Source: Octopus vulgaris
Lineage: Eukaryota
DNA length: 64,000 bases
Direction of reading: 5' to 3'
Assembly (NCBI GenBank): GCA_951406725.2
Contig: OX597817.1
Coordinates: 93,744,001 to 93,808,000, forward strand
The position numbers and the translations under genes are program-made. Below, one piece after another: positions 1-14,166 of the stretch; positions within the stretch are counted from its first letter, which is position 1; every line of letters starts with the position of its first letter. Under the pieces are notes generated by a model, which saw only the letters and a list, made by a program, of their open reading frames with translations, made no database searches and was not told where the DNA came from.

Positions 1-1999
1 TCGGACTATTCATGCATAAAATAAAACGTATATTAAATACGTAAAGTGAGGGGAGGGATAAAGATATTATACAATATATCATGATATATCAAACATTTTG
101 AAGCAACATAAAAAAATTACACGATTAAGATATGATTAAGTAAAAAGACAGATGCACAGTAAAAAGTCAAAAACACACAACCTCTTGAGTCAGAGCAGAG
201 TTCTACATAACTCTCCCTAGCTTTTCGAAATGGTGTGAATGTTTCTTGTTAAAGACGCTTATGAATATTTCGATAGTGGAAGTGGGTAGGAGAGAGGTCC
301 ACATCTTCCAGAAAGCAGTAGTCTATTCTTTATGTGATGCTTATTTTCTGTGTTCATCTTTACACAAACCAGTACCTTCTCATTTGCCTTTTCCTCTTGC
401 AGGTTATTCAGCAGGTCCATTAAATCCTTGCTTGATATTTTCACCACTTACACATGAAGTCTTTGAAGATGTTGGTATACGATGAGAACCAATTGAATGG
501 GATATAAAATATTGTAACATTACATTACATTCTATCATATACATAGTATTTCTTTCTTGTTATTGTTGTTGTTATAGTTTTATTCTTCTTGTTGTCGCTG
601 CAGTTTAAGTTGTTGCTTGTAGCATTGGTGTTTATCATGGATTTTCCTCGTGTGGAAAATATATGTTAGGAATAAATTGTTTGCCTTATTTTACTTATTT
701 TTTACTCATTTTTACTTATTTTACTCATGTTTTTCTCTTTTCATTCAGAGGGTAAATCTCTATCTTCGATTGTTCTGCATGCCTTCTATTTGGGTATAAT
801 CTTCACTTTTTAGCTATTTCCCTTGTGTCTGTCTCTACTGTTCTTAACGGCTTGTCATCTTTCTTTACTCTTTATTTTGTTTCCATCATTGTAGTATTAC
901 GGAGAAGGGATCCTCAGCTTTCTGGTCATCAGTTTTGTAACTCGGGACGAGTTACAAAACTGGGTAGTTTGGCCTGCTTCTTCACATTGTCTTCAATTTA
1001 AAAACTCCAGATACACGGTTCAGTAACTTTTCATTCCATACATCAACAAGAGCGTTTTATTCTGAGTGCATGAGGAAGACTGTTCTGTTTTTGGCGATGC
1101 ATAGACTGATAAATTTTCTTTTCCCTCGCTCTTGCATAAAGCACTCTATTTGTCTTGGTTATAAATATCCGTCAAGCAGATCTCTTCTCGCCCAGTTGAT
1201 TCAGGTTTAAAATTTTCCTGTTTTGAGTGCACTGGCGAATGAGAAACTTATATTTTCTTGATTCACACTGTTCCCACATTTTTTCTAATGGGTATTTTGT
1301 TAATTTGGCAAAGAATATATTCATATATGTACTGTTGTTGTTGTTTACCATATCGCTGTGAAAGTTCCAGTTAATATTAATGTTTCCGGTAAAAAATTCA
1401 GTATTTCTTCTTGCGAAATGTTTGCATCAACTTGTGTAAATATTTGTATCATTATTGATCAGTCAATCACTCCTGTTGTTATTCAATTATTTTTAGTAGC
1501 TACCTTCTTTAGCACTACCGATGGCTGTTATAAACATAATGTTATATTACTGGTGTTGGGTAGCCTCGGTTCAACACTGACCAAGCAAATCTATACTAGG
1601 ATCGATCCACAGATCCATAGTTCCGAATACACCATACATACTAGATGAAGACCATACTGCACATTCTGACATGAAGCGATTGATTGTATGTGGACAGTAT
1701 GGTAACCTGGGTACAATCTCCCTCGATATGTTTGTATACTCTGGAAGCGGCTATAATAGAAACAGGCAAATTTAATGCCAAGAACTGTCTTAAATTACTC
1801 TAAATCAGTAATGCTAGTAACAATAACAATTATTTGGACGATTATTTTTTCTATATATTTTAAAGTCTACTTATGGATTGAAATATCCACTTTTACAGGG
1901 TAGGTTTACTATGAATGAGTGTTGCTAGAACTGTGGGATCTTGCATGCATTAATTTCAACACTTATTATTGATAACTGCATTGTTTCTTTTTAGGTAAA

Positions 2000-3100
2000 T
2001 GACATCTGACTGTTCAATGAAGACTTCAAATGTTACTAGTATCAACTTCTCTTGAAAATCGACAATATTTGGCATCGTGGTATTATCAAGTAGCTGTAAG
2101 AAAAGAGTTTAAGCCCCAAGGGCATTCATGGTGACCAGATTGCTATATTAGTGGGTGACACTCCAGCTTTATCACCAGTATAAAAGTTGGCAGCTGAATT
2201 TAGGAGAGGAACAGAGAGTCTTGAAAGTGAAACATCCTGAAACTACCACCACCGAGAAAAATACTGATCATATTCATCACATAGTGATAGATGACAAGCG
2301 ATTGACTATAAATCGAATGACCAATGTAATTAGCATATCTTGCAAGAGAGTTCAGAATATTCTGCACAATGAACTTAGCATGACGGGTTTCTGCTCGGTG
2401 GGTGCCACATCTGACACCAGGGAAAATTTGACATTTTTTCGGATAAACCTGGCTGGTTTCCTTGAATGTTTCGTAATCTAGGATGAGTGTTGGGTTCATC
2501 ACTTTGAGCCAGAGACAAAGAGACATTCGATGCAGTGGAAACTCACCTCATCAGTTGCTCAAAAGAAGGCCAAAGTCGTTTCATCTGCAGGGAAGTTGAT
2601 GGCCTCATTTTTTGGAGGATGCAAAAGGCATTGTGTTTATTGACTTTATTCAAAAAGGCCATACCATCAGTAGAGAGTACTATGCCAACTTGCTGAGGCA
2701 GTTACGAAAGGCTATCAAGACCAAACGGTCAGGAAAACTGACGAAAGAGGTCTTGTTTCATCAGGACAATGCTCCAAGATACAAGTCTTTGGTTTCAGTG
2801 GCTGCTGTACATAACTGTGGCTTTGAAATTGTTGAACATCCTCCATATTCTCCTGATTAGGATCCATCCGACTAGATCTGTTCTCCAACATGAAAAAACT
2901 CATGAATGGGAACAAGTGTCGCAGCGATGACGACGTCATATCTGCTCTTGATAACTTTCTTGGCCAACAGGATGAAAGATTCTTCACCAATGGGATGCAT
3001 AAGAAGAAGGGTGACTATGTTGAAAAATAAACCCCAGTTAGTCACATTTTATGAGAGTATCTTGTTTAGCCTATGCATTTTTCACCCTAACCTCTTATCG
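2000..3100 (+). mobile_element. Degenerate mariner (DD34D) DNA transposon, transposase pseudogene
   Basis: Across frames: DECWVHHFEPETKRHSMQW (~2480-2540), GIVFIDF..KGHTISREYYANLL, LFHQDNAP and HPPYSPD (ORF 2612-2860). Multiple stops and frameshifts; ends approximate. Confidence 0.9.
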
Positions 3101-3235
3101 TGATTGTGGCAGACACTATCTAAAATAACCGTATAAAATGTCACAGAAATAATTAAAATGTTCTTATTCACATTTTGTTTTACGTTTTTCACCAAAGCAA
3201 AGAACTGGCAGAGATGTAAGAGTGTTTTGGATAAA

Positions 3236-3360
3236 ATAACGCTCGGTAGTTGTTTCGAATCTCTGTGCTCCGAGTTCCAACCCCGTCGAGGCTAACTTTG
3301 CCTTTCGTCCTTTCATGGGCGATTAAAAACTACCAGTTCCGGACGGTGGATTAATTGAAC
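3236..3360 (+). mobile_element. tRNA-derived SINE fragment (same family as 12540-12822, 20755-20952, 50848-50987)
   Basis: gagttc..cc.ccgtcgaggctaactttgcctttcgtcctttc is the reverse complement of the gaaaggatgaaaggcaaagtcgacctcggcggaatttgaactc motif in the other copies. Confidence 0.65.
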
Positions 3361-3513
3361 TGTTAGAGCATAGGACGGGATCTCTTGAGATATTTGTTCC
3401 GTTCTTTGCGCTCTGACAGCAACACTTGTGACAAAAACGATGGCAGACTGTATTGATCGTAAAGTGGTGACAATTACCTTGGACAATATTAGTAGCGTAA
3501 CAGAAAAGGCTTG

Positions 3514-5400
3514 CACTGAACAACAAAGGTTTTGCTACTGGGGGTGAAGGCATGTGTTTTAGACTAAATCGAGGATGCTGGTTCCGAATCTGCACTCAGA
3601 ATTGTTGTAGCACGTCAATACTTTGAGTTATGCGCATGCGCAAGATTATAGCTATACTTTCGGCTAGATATATCAGTATTATAAATTTGCTAAAATGAAA
3701 GCGGTCTTAATTCAAACTTAAAGAAATAGCAGCTATAAAATAAATAATGAAAAAGTTCATTATTTAGTTTAGCAAATGATGGCGCTGACGTATTGTGTGC
3801 AAGTGCCAAATACGTCAGTTTATTCTTGGTAACTCTCAGTATCGTTTGCACTGCTGTCACGTGTGATATGTATATCTCTCGCTCTGCATGATTACTGTTT
3901 TAACTGTGTTCATTGTGTTAGATCATGAATAGGGGAGGCTATGTGAATCATCCAGACAACTTTTGTTAAGTCTGGAAAATTTGCTCCGCGTGACCAGCGG
4001 AAGAACATTGTCACCAAATTAAAAACTGCCTATAAATATTTTTGTAGGGGTGTAAAGTTGGGGACCAAGACAAGAGGTGGACACCTCATATATGCTGCAC
4101 TGTGTGTTACTCGGGGCTTATACAGTGGCTGAATGGAAAACGGAAGGGAATGCCTTATGCTGTACCAATGGTATGGCGTGAGCCAACCAGTAATGTCTCT
4201 GATTGTTACTTTTGCATGACTAATATTAGTGGTTTTTCAAAGAAAACCAAATCAAAAATTGTGTATGCAGATTGTAAATCGGCTCTAAAACCGGTCCCAC
4301 ATGACTTCGAGAACCCTGTCCCAGTTCCCTCCTCACATGATTCACTTGAAGACCTTGACACGTCGCCCGATGAACCTCTGTTTCTAAGAAAAATGAGCCA
4401 CGCTTGTTTAATCAGGAAAATTTGAACGATTTAGTAAGAGACCCAGCATTGTCAAAGGAGAAGGCAGAAGTTTTGGGATCCAGACTACAGCAACAGAATC
4501 TCTTACAGCAAGCTACGAAAATTTCCATTTTCCGTTCTCGCAATGAAGGCTGTCTATTTCAAGCAAGAAAATAATGCTTGTTTCTATACTGACGTTAATG
4601 CACTTATGCGAAAACTAGGACATGTGTATGTGGCTAACGAATGGAAGTTGTTTATAGACTCGAGTAAAATTAGCCTCAAAGGACTGCAGCTGGGCTATAT
4701 TAAAAAAGTATGTTTTTTGCGTGTTTGGAATAGCCGCAATGACAGCAATCATTACACTGTAAAAGACTGGCCTAAAAGAGATGAACGCATAGTTTGTCGG
4801 TACAATGTGCAGCATATGCCACTGGTAGACCCGCAAAAGATCTTCCTTCCACCCCTTCACATCAAACTCAGCCTTATGAAAAACTTCGTAAAAGCAATGA
4901 CACTCGATGGTTGTGGCTTCCAGTATCTAAAAGTAAAATTTGGCGCGGAAAAAAGTGACGCAAAACTGGAAACAGGCATTTTCATTGGACCCGAGATCAG
5001 AGAATTGATGTCTGATAGCAAATTAAGAGGTAAACTGAATCCAGTTTAGCTGACGGCATGGAATTCCTTCGTGTTAGTCATACAGAACTTGCTTGGAAAT
5101 CATAGAGATAAAAACTATGCTGATTTAATAAACAACATACAAACAGCGTATGAACGAATGGGATGCAGAATGACCCTTGAAATGCACTTCTCATTTCGAT
5201 TTTTTCCCAACGGCTCTTGATGCCGTTAGTGGTGAGGATGGTGAAAGGTTCCACTAAGACATATCTGAGATGAAAATGCGGTATTAAGGCCGGTTCATTC
5301 CACACATGATGGGTAACTATTCCTGATTCCTACAAAGGGAGACCAGAACTACACATATATAAAAAATATCAAAAATAAAGTGAGCATTCCCTAAGTACCA
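3514..5400 (+). mobile_element. Degenerate Chapaev3-like (CMC superfamily) DNA transposon
   Basis: Left end CACTGAACAACAAA at 3514. Transposase remnants GCKVGDQDKRWTPHICC, VPMVWREP..DCYFC, LPPLHIKLSLMKNFVKAM, GIFIGPEIRELM and GERFH-like. Right TIR not identified. Confidence 0.75.
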
Positions 5401-6989
5401 TAATAGTATAATACTATTTACCTTCAATATAAATACCATTATATTATAATACTATTTACCTTGAACATAAACATACTATGTACAGCACTAATATTCTATT
5501 ATAATAATTATTTACCTTGAACTTAACTATTCCTGTTACTAATACAGTGAAATGAAATGTTTTGCTCAAGATCACGTTACGTTTTTGCCCAGTGAATGGT
5601 TTCGAATTCCAGATTGGACAGCGTAACGTGATCTTGAGCAAAACATTTCATTTCACTTTGTTACAGTCTACTCAGCTGAAATAAGCAGCAGCTGGGAGTT
5701 AACCTTGCGACTGACAAGTATTGTTCTCTCGGTCGCTTATACACCATGAAAACCGAGATGACAGCCCTAAGATCAAGGGCAAGTTTAACATAAAATACAC
5801 AGTTTAATACATGTTTCTCATCCAATATCAGAGAATTAGGCAGGTATATTACTTGTTGGGCTTGTAATTTCTTCCCCGTTTTACAACTGTGTAAGAACAT
5901 TTATTCTCGCCAAGCTCCATCCTTATATCTGTTGAGAACATCCTAACTATGATAAGGTTTGTCATTATACTATTCATATTCTTGGCATATTCAAATTCAT
6001 TTTCAGATCGTCTACGAAGAAGCAATGTATTAATTTGGTGTTTCTCTCTTCTTGTGAGCCAGTCGCATACCTGTTTAAACCCCCCCCCAAAAAAAAAAAA
6101 AAAAAAAACAAAAACAACAACTTGAAATATAAATAGCATAATAAAGAGATAATTTCGCTTAAAGTATCCTATCAGTGTGATACTGTATCCTATCAGTGTG
6201 ATTAGAACTACTTCCCGTATTTTTCTTCAAAATGGTGGCCCAGGACGAAGACAAATTTTCTGTGGTCTTAGTAATGTATGGATGCGTATTCCTATGCAAG
6301 TGTATGTATGAATATGTGTATGCATAAATGCATGCATATATAAAAACATATATGTGTAAATAAATACTATATTAATATATGTGTATTATCAGTGTCAGTA
6401 ATCTAGGAATAGCTCCATACCATGATCTCATGTTGGTATTCAGGTGGATAGTAATTTATGGACTATAACATACGATTGCCATTAAATTTGCACTTAAGTA
6501 CTTTAAGGACGAAGCGCAACAAAAACAAAACACCAAAGCAAGACGAACAACAGTACTAACAATACAACTATGAAGTGTCAAAATACCACCACCACCACCA
6601 CCACCACCACCACCACCACCCCCACCACCAAGTCAATTCAGTGAAGCAAAGCATCAATAAATGATACACAAGTGCCTTGAATGACATTGGTATGCTGTAC
6701 TAATCAACCGGCTCCCTCACTTCATGCGTGTATGTATATATTATGTGTGTGCGTATACCTGATTATAGGTATGTGTGTAAATGTTTATTTCTGTCAGTCA
6801 GTCTGCCTCTCTGTCTGTTTGTCTGTCTGTTTGCCTGTCTCTCTTTCTCTCTCTCCCTCTCTCTCTCTATATATATATAGTTGTATGTATGATTGATTGT
6901 ATATATGTGTGTATATATTCTTGTGTGTGTGTGTGTATGTGTGTGTGCGTGCGTGTGCGTGTGTGTGCGTGTGCGTGTGTGTGAATATC

Positions 6990-7262
6990 TTTGGAGCGCC
7001 GCCTTGAGGAATATTTAGTGGAATGAATCGACCCCAGTACTTTTTTTAAAGCCAGGTACTTATTCTGCCGACCTCATTTGCCAAACCGCTGATTTATGGG
7101 GACGTAAATACACTAACACTGGTTGTCAAGTAGTGGTGGGGGACAAACACAGATACAAAGACATGTGATCATCCCCCACCAACACATATATATGACGGTC
7201 TTCTTTCAGTTTCCGTCACCAGATCTACTCATAAGGCTTTGGCCGGCCGAGGCTATACTGTA
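6990..7262 (-). mobile_element. SINE copy (family of 31627-32005), partial
   Basis: Reverse-complement similarity to 31700-31960 (ctttcagtttccgtc, ggggacgtaaa, cactggttgtcaag, ggtacttattct). Confidence 0.75.
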
Positions 7263-7264
7263 GA

Positions 7265-8330
7265 AAGGTACAGCGCCAGATATATTTTCCAACAAACTAT
7301 TGCACCTTTTAAACAATGCATCAAGCCACCCAGTGATGCCCCAAAATACAACTCCTTTGCTCTAGTCAATAGATCGAGATGTGATAGCTAACTTCAAGAA
7401 ATAATGTCTAAGATCTTTGAATTAACTTATAAAAACAGTTGACAGAGAGGATAAATCTACTGTTAGAAACTTCTGGAAGAAGTTCAACATAATGGATGTT
7501 GTGGATAACGTAGTTGAGTCATGGGATGAAGTGGAAATCCCTGATTAGTGCTTGAAAAATATATGGCCAAGCTGTATCCATGACTATACATGTTTTCCAC
7601 AAACAGAAAGTCTACATCCAATTCGGAAAATACTGCGACATTTGCAAATGATGTAGGGCTTGGAGTCATAAATGATGTGTGTGAGTTGCTCGTGTTACAT
7701 TGTGAAAGTCTATATGATAAGGAGCTGAAGCTATTAGAACTAGAGCAAGCTGAGAATACAGAAATTTCACCAAAATCTACTGAAAAGAATATTTCTAAAG
7801 GAGGTGTGCAAGATTTTATTGATAACAACTCTAATCACGAACCTAGTATAACAATTACCAGAGAAGTTCATAATGATTTCAGTTTCTACACTGAACAGTA
7901 TAAAACTGCACAATAAACATCAAATAATTTTAGATAGGTTCTTCTCCCTTCAAGTAGATGACGAAGATAATCAGCTACAAAATTGAAGATAGTGTCTCTC
8001 ATCCTCTCAGTAACTCTCATTCCGTGCCCCCACTCATAGTTGTTAATATCTTTTGTGGTAAGAAAATATGCCATTACGATTCTTATTTATTCCCTAATGT
8101 ATTTATCTTCACAGTTTTTTTTTTGTATACTTATTGTACTGCGTATATTTAGAAATTGCTATTTTTATGTATAAAAGTAGTTCTGTTGCTTGTGTTTTGG
8201 TTTTCTTCGGAAAAAAATCCATCGAAAAGCATTCTCATTTTATATGAAAAGCTTATAAGAAAATTATAATTTCGCGTTTCAGAACTTCGCGCTGTAAGAA
8301 TTTCAAGAACACGTTACTCTCGTAAGTTAT
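7265..8330 (+). mobile_element. Degenerate Tigger/pogo transposase fragment and 3' end
   Basis: Translation around 7450-7570 gives TVRNFWKKFNIMDVVDNVVESWDEV...KNIWP, typical of the pogo/Tigger DDE C-terminal region. Heavily decayed. Confidence 0.65.
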
Positions 8331-8563
8331 GTGCGCGCGCGCGCGTGTAGATTCCCACCTATATCCACACACACATATACATATGTAGGTATGTATATAT
8401 GTATGCCTGCATTCATGTATGTATTGTTGAGTGGTGTTAGCTTTCTTTTAACGTTGTACGCTGAAATATGTCTTGGTATGTCATTGAAAGGATGTAGCAT
8501 CGGAAATGAAGTCATTATACCCTTTTCGTGACTTTGAAGAGTATTGAGAGCAATGACGTACAA

Positions 8564-8660
8564 CAGTACTTCTCAAAGTGGGCGGTACCGTCCCCTGGGG
8601 CAAGGTAGAAAATTTTATATGTATACTGGCGACAGTGGGAGATAGATGCATCAGTGTAGT
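8564..8660 (+). mobile_element. hAT/Charlie-type terminal fragment
   Basis: cagtacttctcaaagtgggcggtaccgtcccctgggg resembles Charlie TIR/subterminal sequence (CAGTGGTTCTCAAA...). No partner end found. Confidence 0.4.
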
Positions 8661-9503
8661 TTTTCAGTCTTTGACTCTTATTTAAATATTAACTATAAAA
8701 AAAATATATATGATTGATTGATTGATTCTAGTTTCAGCTTATGAGCTGTGGCCATGCTATCTAAAGTAATATTTTGGTAAACTGCTTGTTAGCCGCAATC
8801 GCAATAATAATAATAATAATGATAATAATAATAATAATAATAACGACAACATTTGCAATAATGATTGACTTAGGAATGTGAATAAGTAAATATACAAAAC
8901 TGAATGTATAACATCTATCTTTGTTGTACTCTGTTGCAGTAGGATGGTGCAATAATATGTAGCCACTTGCGTCAAACTCGTTTCCGAAACTAAATTATTT
9001 TAACCTCCCATTACGTGCATGCACCTAAAAAAAACAGAGGAAGAGGATATTGAATCTTAGCAAGGGAGCGTTGTAAAATTGTTAGTAAAAGAAAAGAGGG
9101 CGATTGTAGAAAAGGTTTGGGAAGCATTAGACACCACCCTTGCTTCTCCCCCTCTCACCTCCCCACACTCCAACTCCACCACACCACACACCACACCACC
9201 ACACTACACACCACACCACCACCACGCACACACTAGCACTGACCACTTCCCAGCACCTACACCATCATCCACACACCTACACATGCACACACGCAGAAGT
9301 CATGGTCACCAGCCCCCTTCCACACGCACATACACGCTCTCACATACACACGCACGCGCACCTTCGTTTTGGGATCACCACTGCTTTATTATCTTCCCTT
9401 CTTCCTAGCTGTCCTGTGTGACCCCTCTGTCCGGCATTCGCCATGATAGATCGCTAGCCACTAAACCTTCTTCTATTTTCTCTCCCTGTTTATTTCTGTG
9501 TTC

Positions 9504-9539
9504 CTTTCTATCGAAGAGCGTAGGCTCGAAACGTAAAAG
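9504..9539 (+). ncRNA. Minimal type I hammerhead-like motif, inactivated (G5A), in a Penelope-type repeat (~9440-9630)
   Basis: CTTT-CTATCGA-a-GAGC gtag GCTC-GAAA-CG-TA-AAAG. Family copies at 21554-21590 and 33845-33880. Confidence 0.5.
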
Positions 9540-11067
9540 ACTATCTCACTTTCCGAGCATTAGACTTAAACATCTGTTTGCTGTTTACACACCCGTCTTC
9601 GTATTTTGTATTTTTGTAAATTCTCACTATACATATATTTACTTCATTGCTGACATTTATCAATGATTTCTCTCATTGTATTTGTTAAAGTGATTTTTAA
9701 GTGAATCCGGATATGCTAATTTTGTTTGTTTGGCCAGCCAAATCAATGTCATTTTCTATAATTAATGAAACTATCGGTATTTTTGACATCATGAGTATAC
9801 TAGTAGAAATATATTACGACAACAACAGCAATAACAAGACCACCAAGATTACCATCATCATCAGAAACAACATCATCAAATACGCCAGCACCACTGTCTA
9901 GTAGAATATTATCAATAACGCCATCACCGTTATCGTCTTCATCAGCAACAATAACATCACCGCCACAACCACCACCACCGCCACCACCACCACCACCGCC
10001 GCCACCACCACCACCACACCATGTCATCAATTACCATACTTGTAATAATAACAATAGGACTGCTGTCCACAATTACTACCATCACAATCATATTTCATAA
10101 TCCTACGGAAGTTTGATTACCTGAAACTAAATAACAGATGTGGTCAGTTCAAATTATATTATGATGCAGAAAGGTCACCCACGTCATTATATTTGATAAA
10201 GTGGTGTTAAGTGCATGCGGATGTGTTGATGTTTGTTGGCCAGCTATAATTGATAAAATCTATAATCAAAGATATTCCAGCTCAGATTATTTTGTCCTTT
10301 TATCTACAGAAACTGTATTGTCCAATGTGTCCAACTTTTTTGTTTTTAGAAGAGAGTAATTTTAAGAAATTTCGCTGCTATTCCCAACAAATCGAGAGAT
10401 CATATAAAATTGTGTGCGGGCTGTTTGTGAATGCATGTTAAGAGTGTGAATGTATGTGTGTGTGTACGTATTTGTGTGCAATATGTGTGTATCTGTGCAA
10501 ATATTTGTGTGTGTGTGTGTGTGTGCGTGCGTGTTCGCGCGCGTGTATGTACATGTATGTATATATGTCTCCATGTGCACAGAATGTCGTTTAAGAGTAT
10601 TGAAATGAAACTAACATTAAAGCAATTTCTTGATTAATCTCAGTATTATTTGAACAGGAAGTTATATGAAACATGTTACTTCCGCTAGTCATTTTGCTGA
10701 GTGGTCCTTTAAAACTAGGGTAAATCTAGTAGCAAATTCTTGCGAATCTATTTACATCGAGTTGAAATATGTAAATATTGCATTTCCTCGCACTTGTAGG
10801 TTACACCCCACCACAAACACATGTATACATGACGGGGAAGTGGCGGAGGGAAGGGTACCATACTTTGCTAAGGAAGCCATACAGAAGGGCAGAACTATGT
10901 TCAGGAGTTGTCCTGCCTATTTACTGCAAAAAATATAGTAATAACAGCAGACCTCGGCTGTAATTTCCTCAAACAGGTCCTGATTTTTTGCCCTGCCCTT
11001 CCTTCCTCTGACGAAACCATTAAAGATATATAACTCTCTCTCCCTCTTCTCTTCCTTCCCCATCTCT

Positions 11068-11270
<203 letters not shown>

Positions 11271-11550
11271 TGTATACCCACATACATATAAACATACATT
11301 TATGTATGTATGTATGTATGTATGTTCAACAGGTCAATGGGTGTCACCTCATTTAGTGAAGAAATATAAATAACTGAAATATGAAACAAATATGCGGAAA
11401 GAAATCTCTTTCTCTCTCTCCCTCTCTCTCTCTCACTCTCTCTTACTCTCTCTCACTCTCTCTCTTTCTCTATCTCTATACATCTGTCTGTCTGTCTCTC
11501 TCCGTCTGTCTGTCTATCTGTTTGTTTGTCTGTCTGTCTGTCTGTCTCTC

Positions 11551-11589
<39 letters not shown>

Positions 11590-11595
<6 letters not shown>

Positions 11596-12440
11596 GTGTC
11601 CCCCCTCCAAAATACAAACGCACTTTTATGGTTGATAACTCAATTTTCATTTCTTTTTATATTTAACTCATTGAAAATAATGAAAGGACCCAGACTAAGT
11701 TTTGAATTGAGGGCAAATGTGATACACGACGTTTGAAAATGCAATCGAAAATCAAGCGCCCATCCTATTTTGAAATGCCGTCATAGGAAAAATTACATAA
11801 AATAACACATTCAATGTTCCCCAATGAAAATAATCCGGTTCGAAGAGCAGAGTTTTACGACTGGAACTTGGAAAGTGCTATAAAAAATGCATACTTTAGA
11901 AATACTGTTTGCTGTAATGAGCATCATTTAAATTAAATGGTTCAATTAACTGTCACAATTGCAACAAATAGGGGCATGGGGATCCGCATATTATATGAGG
12001 AGCATCATGTTAATTTACTACGAATGACAGTATGGTTTGGTTTATCACCAAAAATATTAAACGGACCAACTTTTTTTGATAGGATTGTGAGTGGTCCTAT
12101 TTACTTGGACTTTCTGCGACAATCTGTCATGCTATACATTCAAATGGACCTTGAAAACGTGGAGTTTTATGTCCAGGACGATGGAGCACCCTCACGCTAC
12201 CATGATAATGTAAGGGTCTACTTTGGTAAGATTTTGTCAAACAGGTGGACAAAGAGTTTCAGTAAAATATCTTCTGCGCTCGCCAGAACTCACACTACTA
12301 GATTTATTTTATGGGGATATTTAAAAGATAAAGCTTACGATACAAAACCCGCTACAGTAAACGAATTGAGGACAGCTGTTGACTGAGATGGCGCACAAAT
12401 ACCGAACGATACAACAGCATCACTGCAAAGCAGTGATTAG
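11590..12440 (+). mobile_element. Degenerate Tc1/mariner-superfamily transposon (maT/DD37D-like)
   Basis: ORF 11937-12386 contains TVWFG..GPTFFD..YLDFL, VQDDGAP and F.LWGYLKDKAY. Confidence 0.75.
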
Positions 12441-12539
12441 GCATACGCAAACTTTAGATTAGTTAAAATATATCTGTGACATATTTCAACCTCTAAAGGC
12501 AAATTCACGGCAGTTACAGTGGAGAAAAAGGTGTAAAAA

Positions 12540-12822
12540 GCAGACGAAATACCGCTATGCATTTCGTCCGGCGTGCTAACGATTCTGCCAGCTCGGCGCC
12601 CTTGAGAATCTTTTCTACTCTAGGTACAAGGCCCGAAATTTTTGGGGAGGAAAACAATCGATTAGATCTACCCCAGTACGCAACTGGTACTTAATTTATT
12701 GATCGCAAAAGGATGAAAAGCAAAGTCGACCTCGGCGGAATTTGAACTCAGAAAGTAAATACAGATGAAATACTGTTGAGCATTTCGCCCGAAGTGCTAA
12801 CGTTTCAGAACAGCTCGCCGCT
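12540..12822 (-). mobile_element. tRNA-derived SINE(s): one near-complete copy plus an extra head fragment
   Basis: B-box-like GAGTTCAAATTCC on the minus strand; head gcggcgagctg..agaa.cgttagcac; same family elsewhere in the window. Confidence 0.8.
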
Positions 12823-12982
12823 TTTCGCATATATTGTAACAACTAATATCATTATCATCTTCAACATTGTAACAACATAATAATTGATATATTAATAGAT
12901 GCCTATAAGAATAATCAAATAATATTGTCCTTCATACATTTCCCTGATGCATCTCCACATTAAATTACGTCGTTGCACACAC

Positions 12983-13062
<80 letters not shown>

Positions 13063-13594
13063 TCTCTCTCTCTCACACACACACACGCACGCACACATAT
13101 AGCGAGAGAGCGATTAGTTCTCGAAGTACATATACAGTTATAGATAATAGCATATAAATGTTGGGTTGAAGATCCATTTAAATAGAAAAACTCATCAACA
13201 GTTGCTATTGAACTATAACTCGCTGTTTGTCTGTCTGTCTCCCCGCTCTCTCTTTCTCTCTCTCTCACACACACACACACAAACACGCTTACATATGTGT
13301 TTGTGTACCTATGTGTGTTTGTATATATAGCATTCTGTATATTACACTCAATGCAGATTATCTGTTGAAAGCCTGTAAACTATTGTACTCGTTTCAGGAA
13401 ATCACTACGTGTACACTTACCATGCTCTTTAACGCTATACGTCTATAGGAGAAGCTTCCTCGCGACGAATACTACAGCTTCCGGGTTTTGAACAGTATAT
13501 CTGCATTAAGTATAATATCCTGAATATTATATTGAAGTAATACAGCTGCCGTCACACATAATACATACATACATTCATATATACATACATACAA

Positions 13595-13689
<95 letters not shown>

Positions 13690-14112
13690 CGGACAAGAGT
13701 CCAGTACTGAGGAAGGGAAACCAGCTGTTGTTAACCAGCTGGAGGTGTTCTCCTCGGGTTAAAAAATACTAGTAACGTCGTTCCGTACGGAACAGCCATG
13801 TTGAAGTGGCAACAAACGTTACTATGCTTATATATATATATGGTGTCGGTGGAGAGGACGACAGATAGGGGAGGGCGGAAGTAGGGCTTGCAGGGCGCAT
13901 GCGCGGCAGGAAGTGGAAGCGGTAAGGGACGATGCACGTGTGGCATCAACGAAGCGGCAGTTGGAGCTGAGACGAGGAAGCGACGAGACACATTGACTTT
14001 GTTGAGAGAGATCTGATCTTCGCTGAGTTTGGTAGACTAATCTTCGCCGAGGTAAGACCTAATTATATTTCCTTTCTCCTTTTCTGTTGTCCTCTTCATT
14101 ATTCACACCACA

Positions 14113-14124
14113 AGCTATTTCGGC
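14113..14124 (+). promoter_or_regulatory. Putative primer-binding site complementary to tRNA-Phe(GAA) nt 1-12
   Basis: AGCTATTTCGGC directly after the LTR end CA is the reverse complement of GCCGAAATAGCT, the 5' end of metazoan tRNA-Phe. Confidence 0.7.
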
Positions 14125-14166
14125 ATATAAACAAAAACAATTCTCACACGATTTATCATCATAAAA

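Noticed and set aside
180-1800. Possible LINE ORF1 relic on the minus strand (IVPRLPYCPH.., FWKMWTSLL..)
   Set aside because: No diagnostic motif can be recovered; too decayed to call.
13700-13755. CTGAGGA-agg-GAAA-CCAGCTG...CAGCTGG hammerhead-like string
   Set aside because: No stem II, no UH cleavage site after stem III and no convincing stem I.
13841-13850. TGGTGTCGG read as a canonical tRNA primer-binding site
   Set aside because: It recurs after the PPT at 16137 and mirrors the LTR end CACCACA, so it is the LTR terminus.
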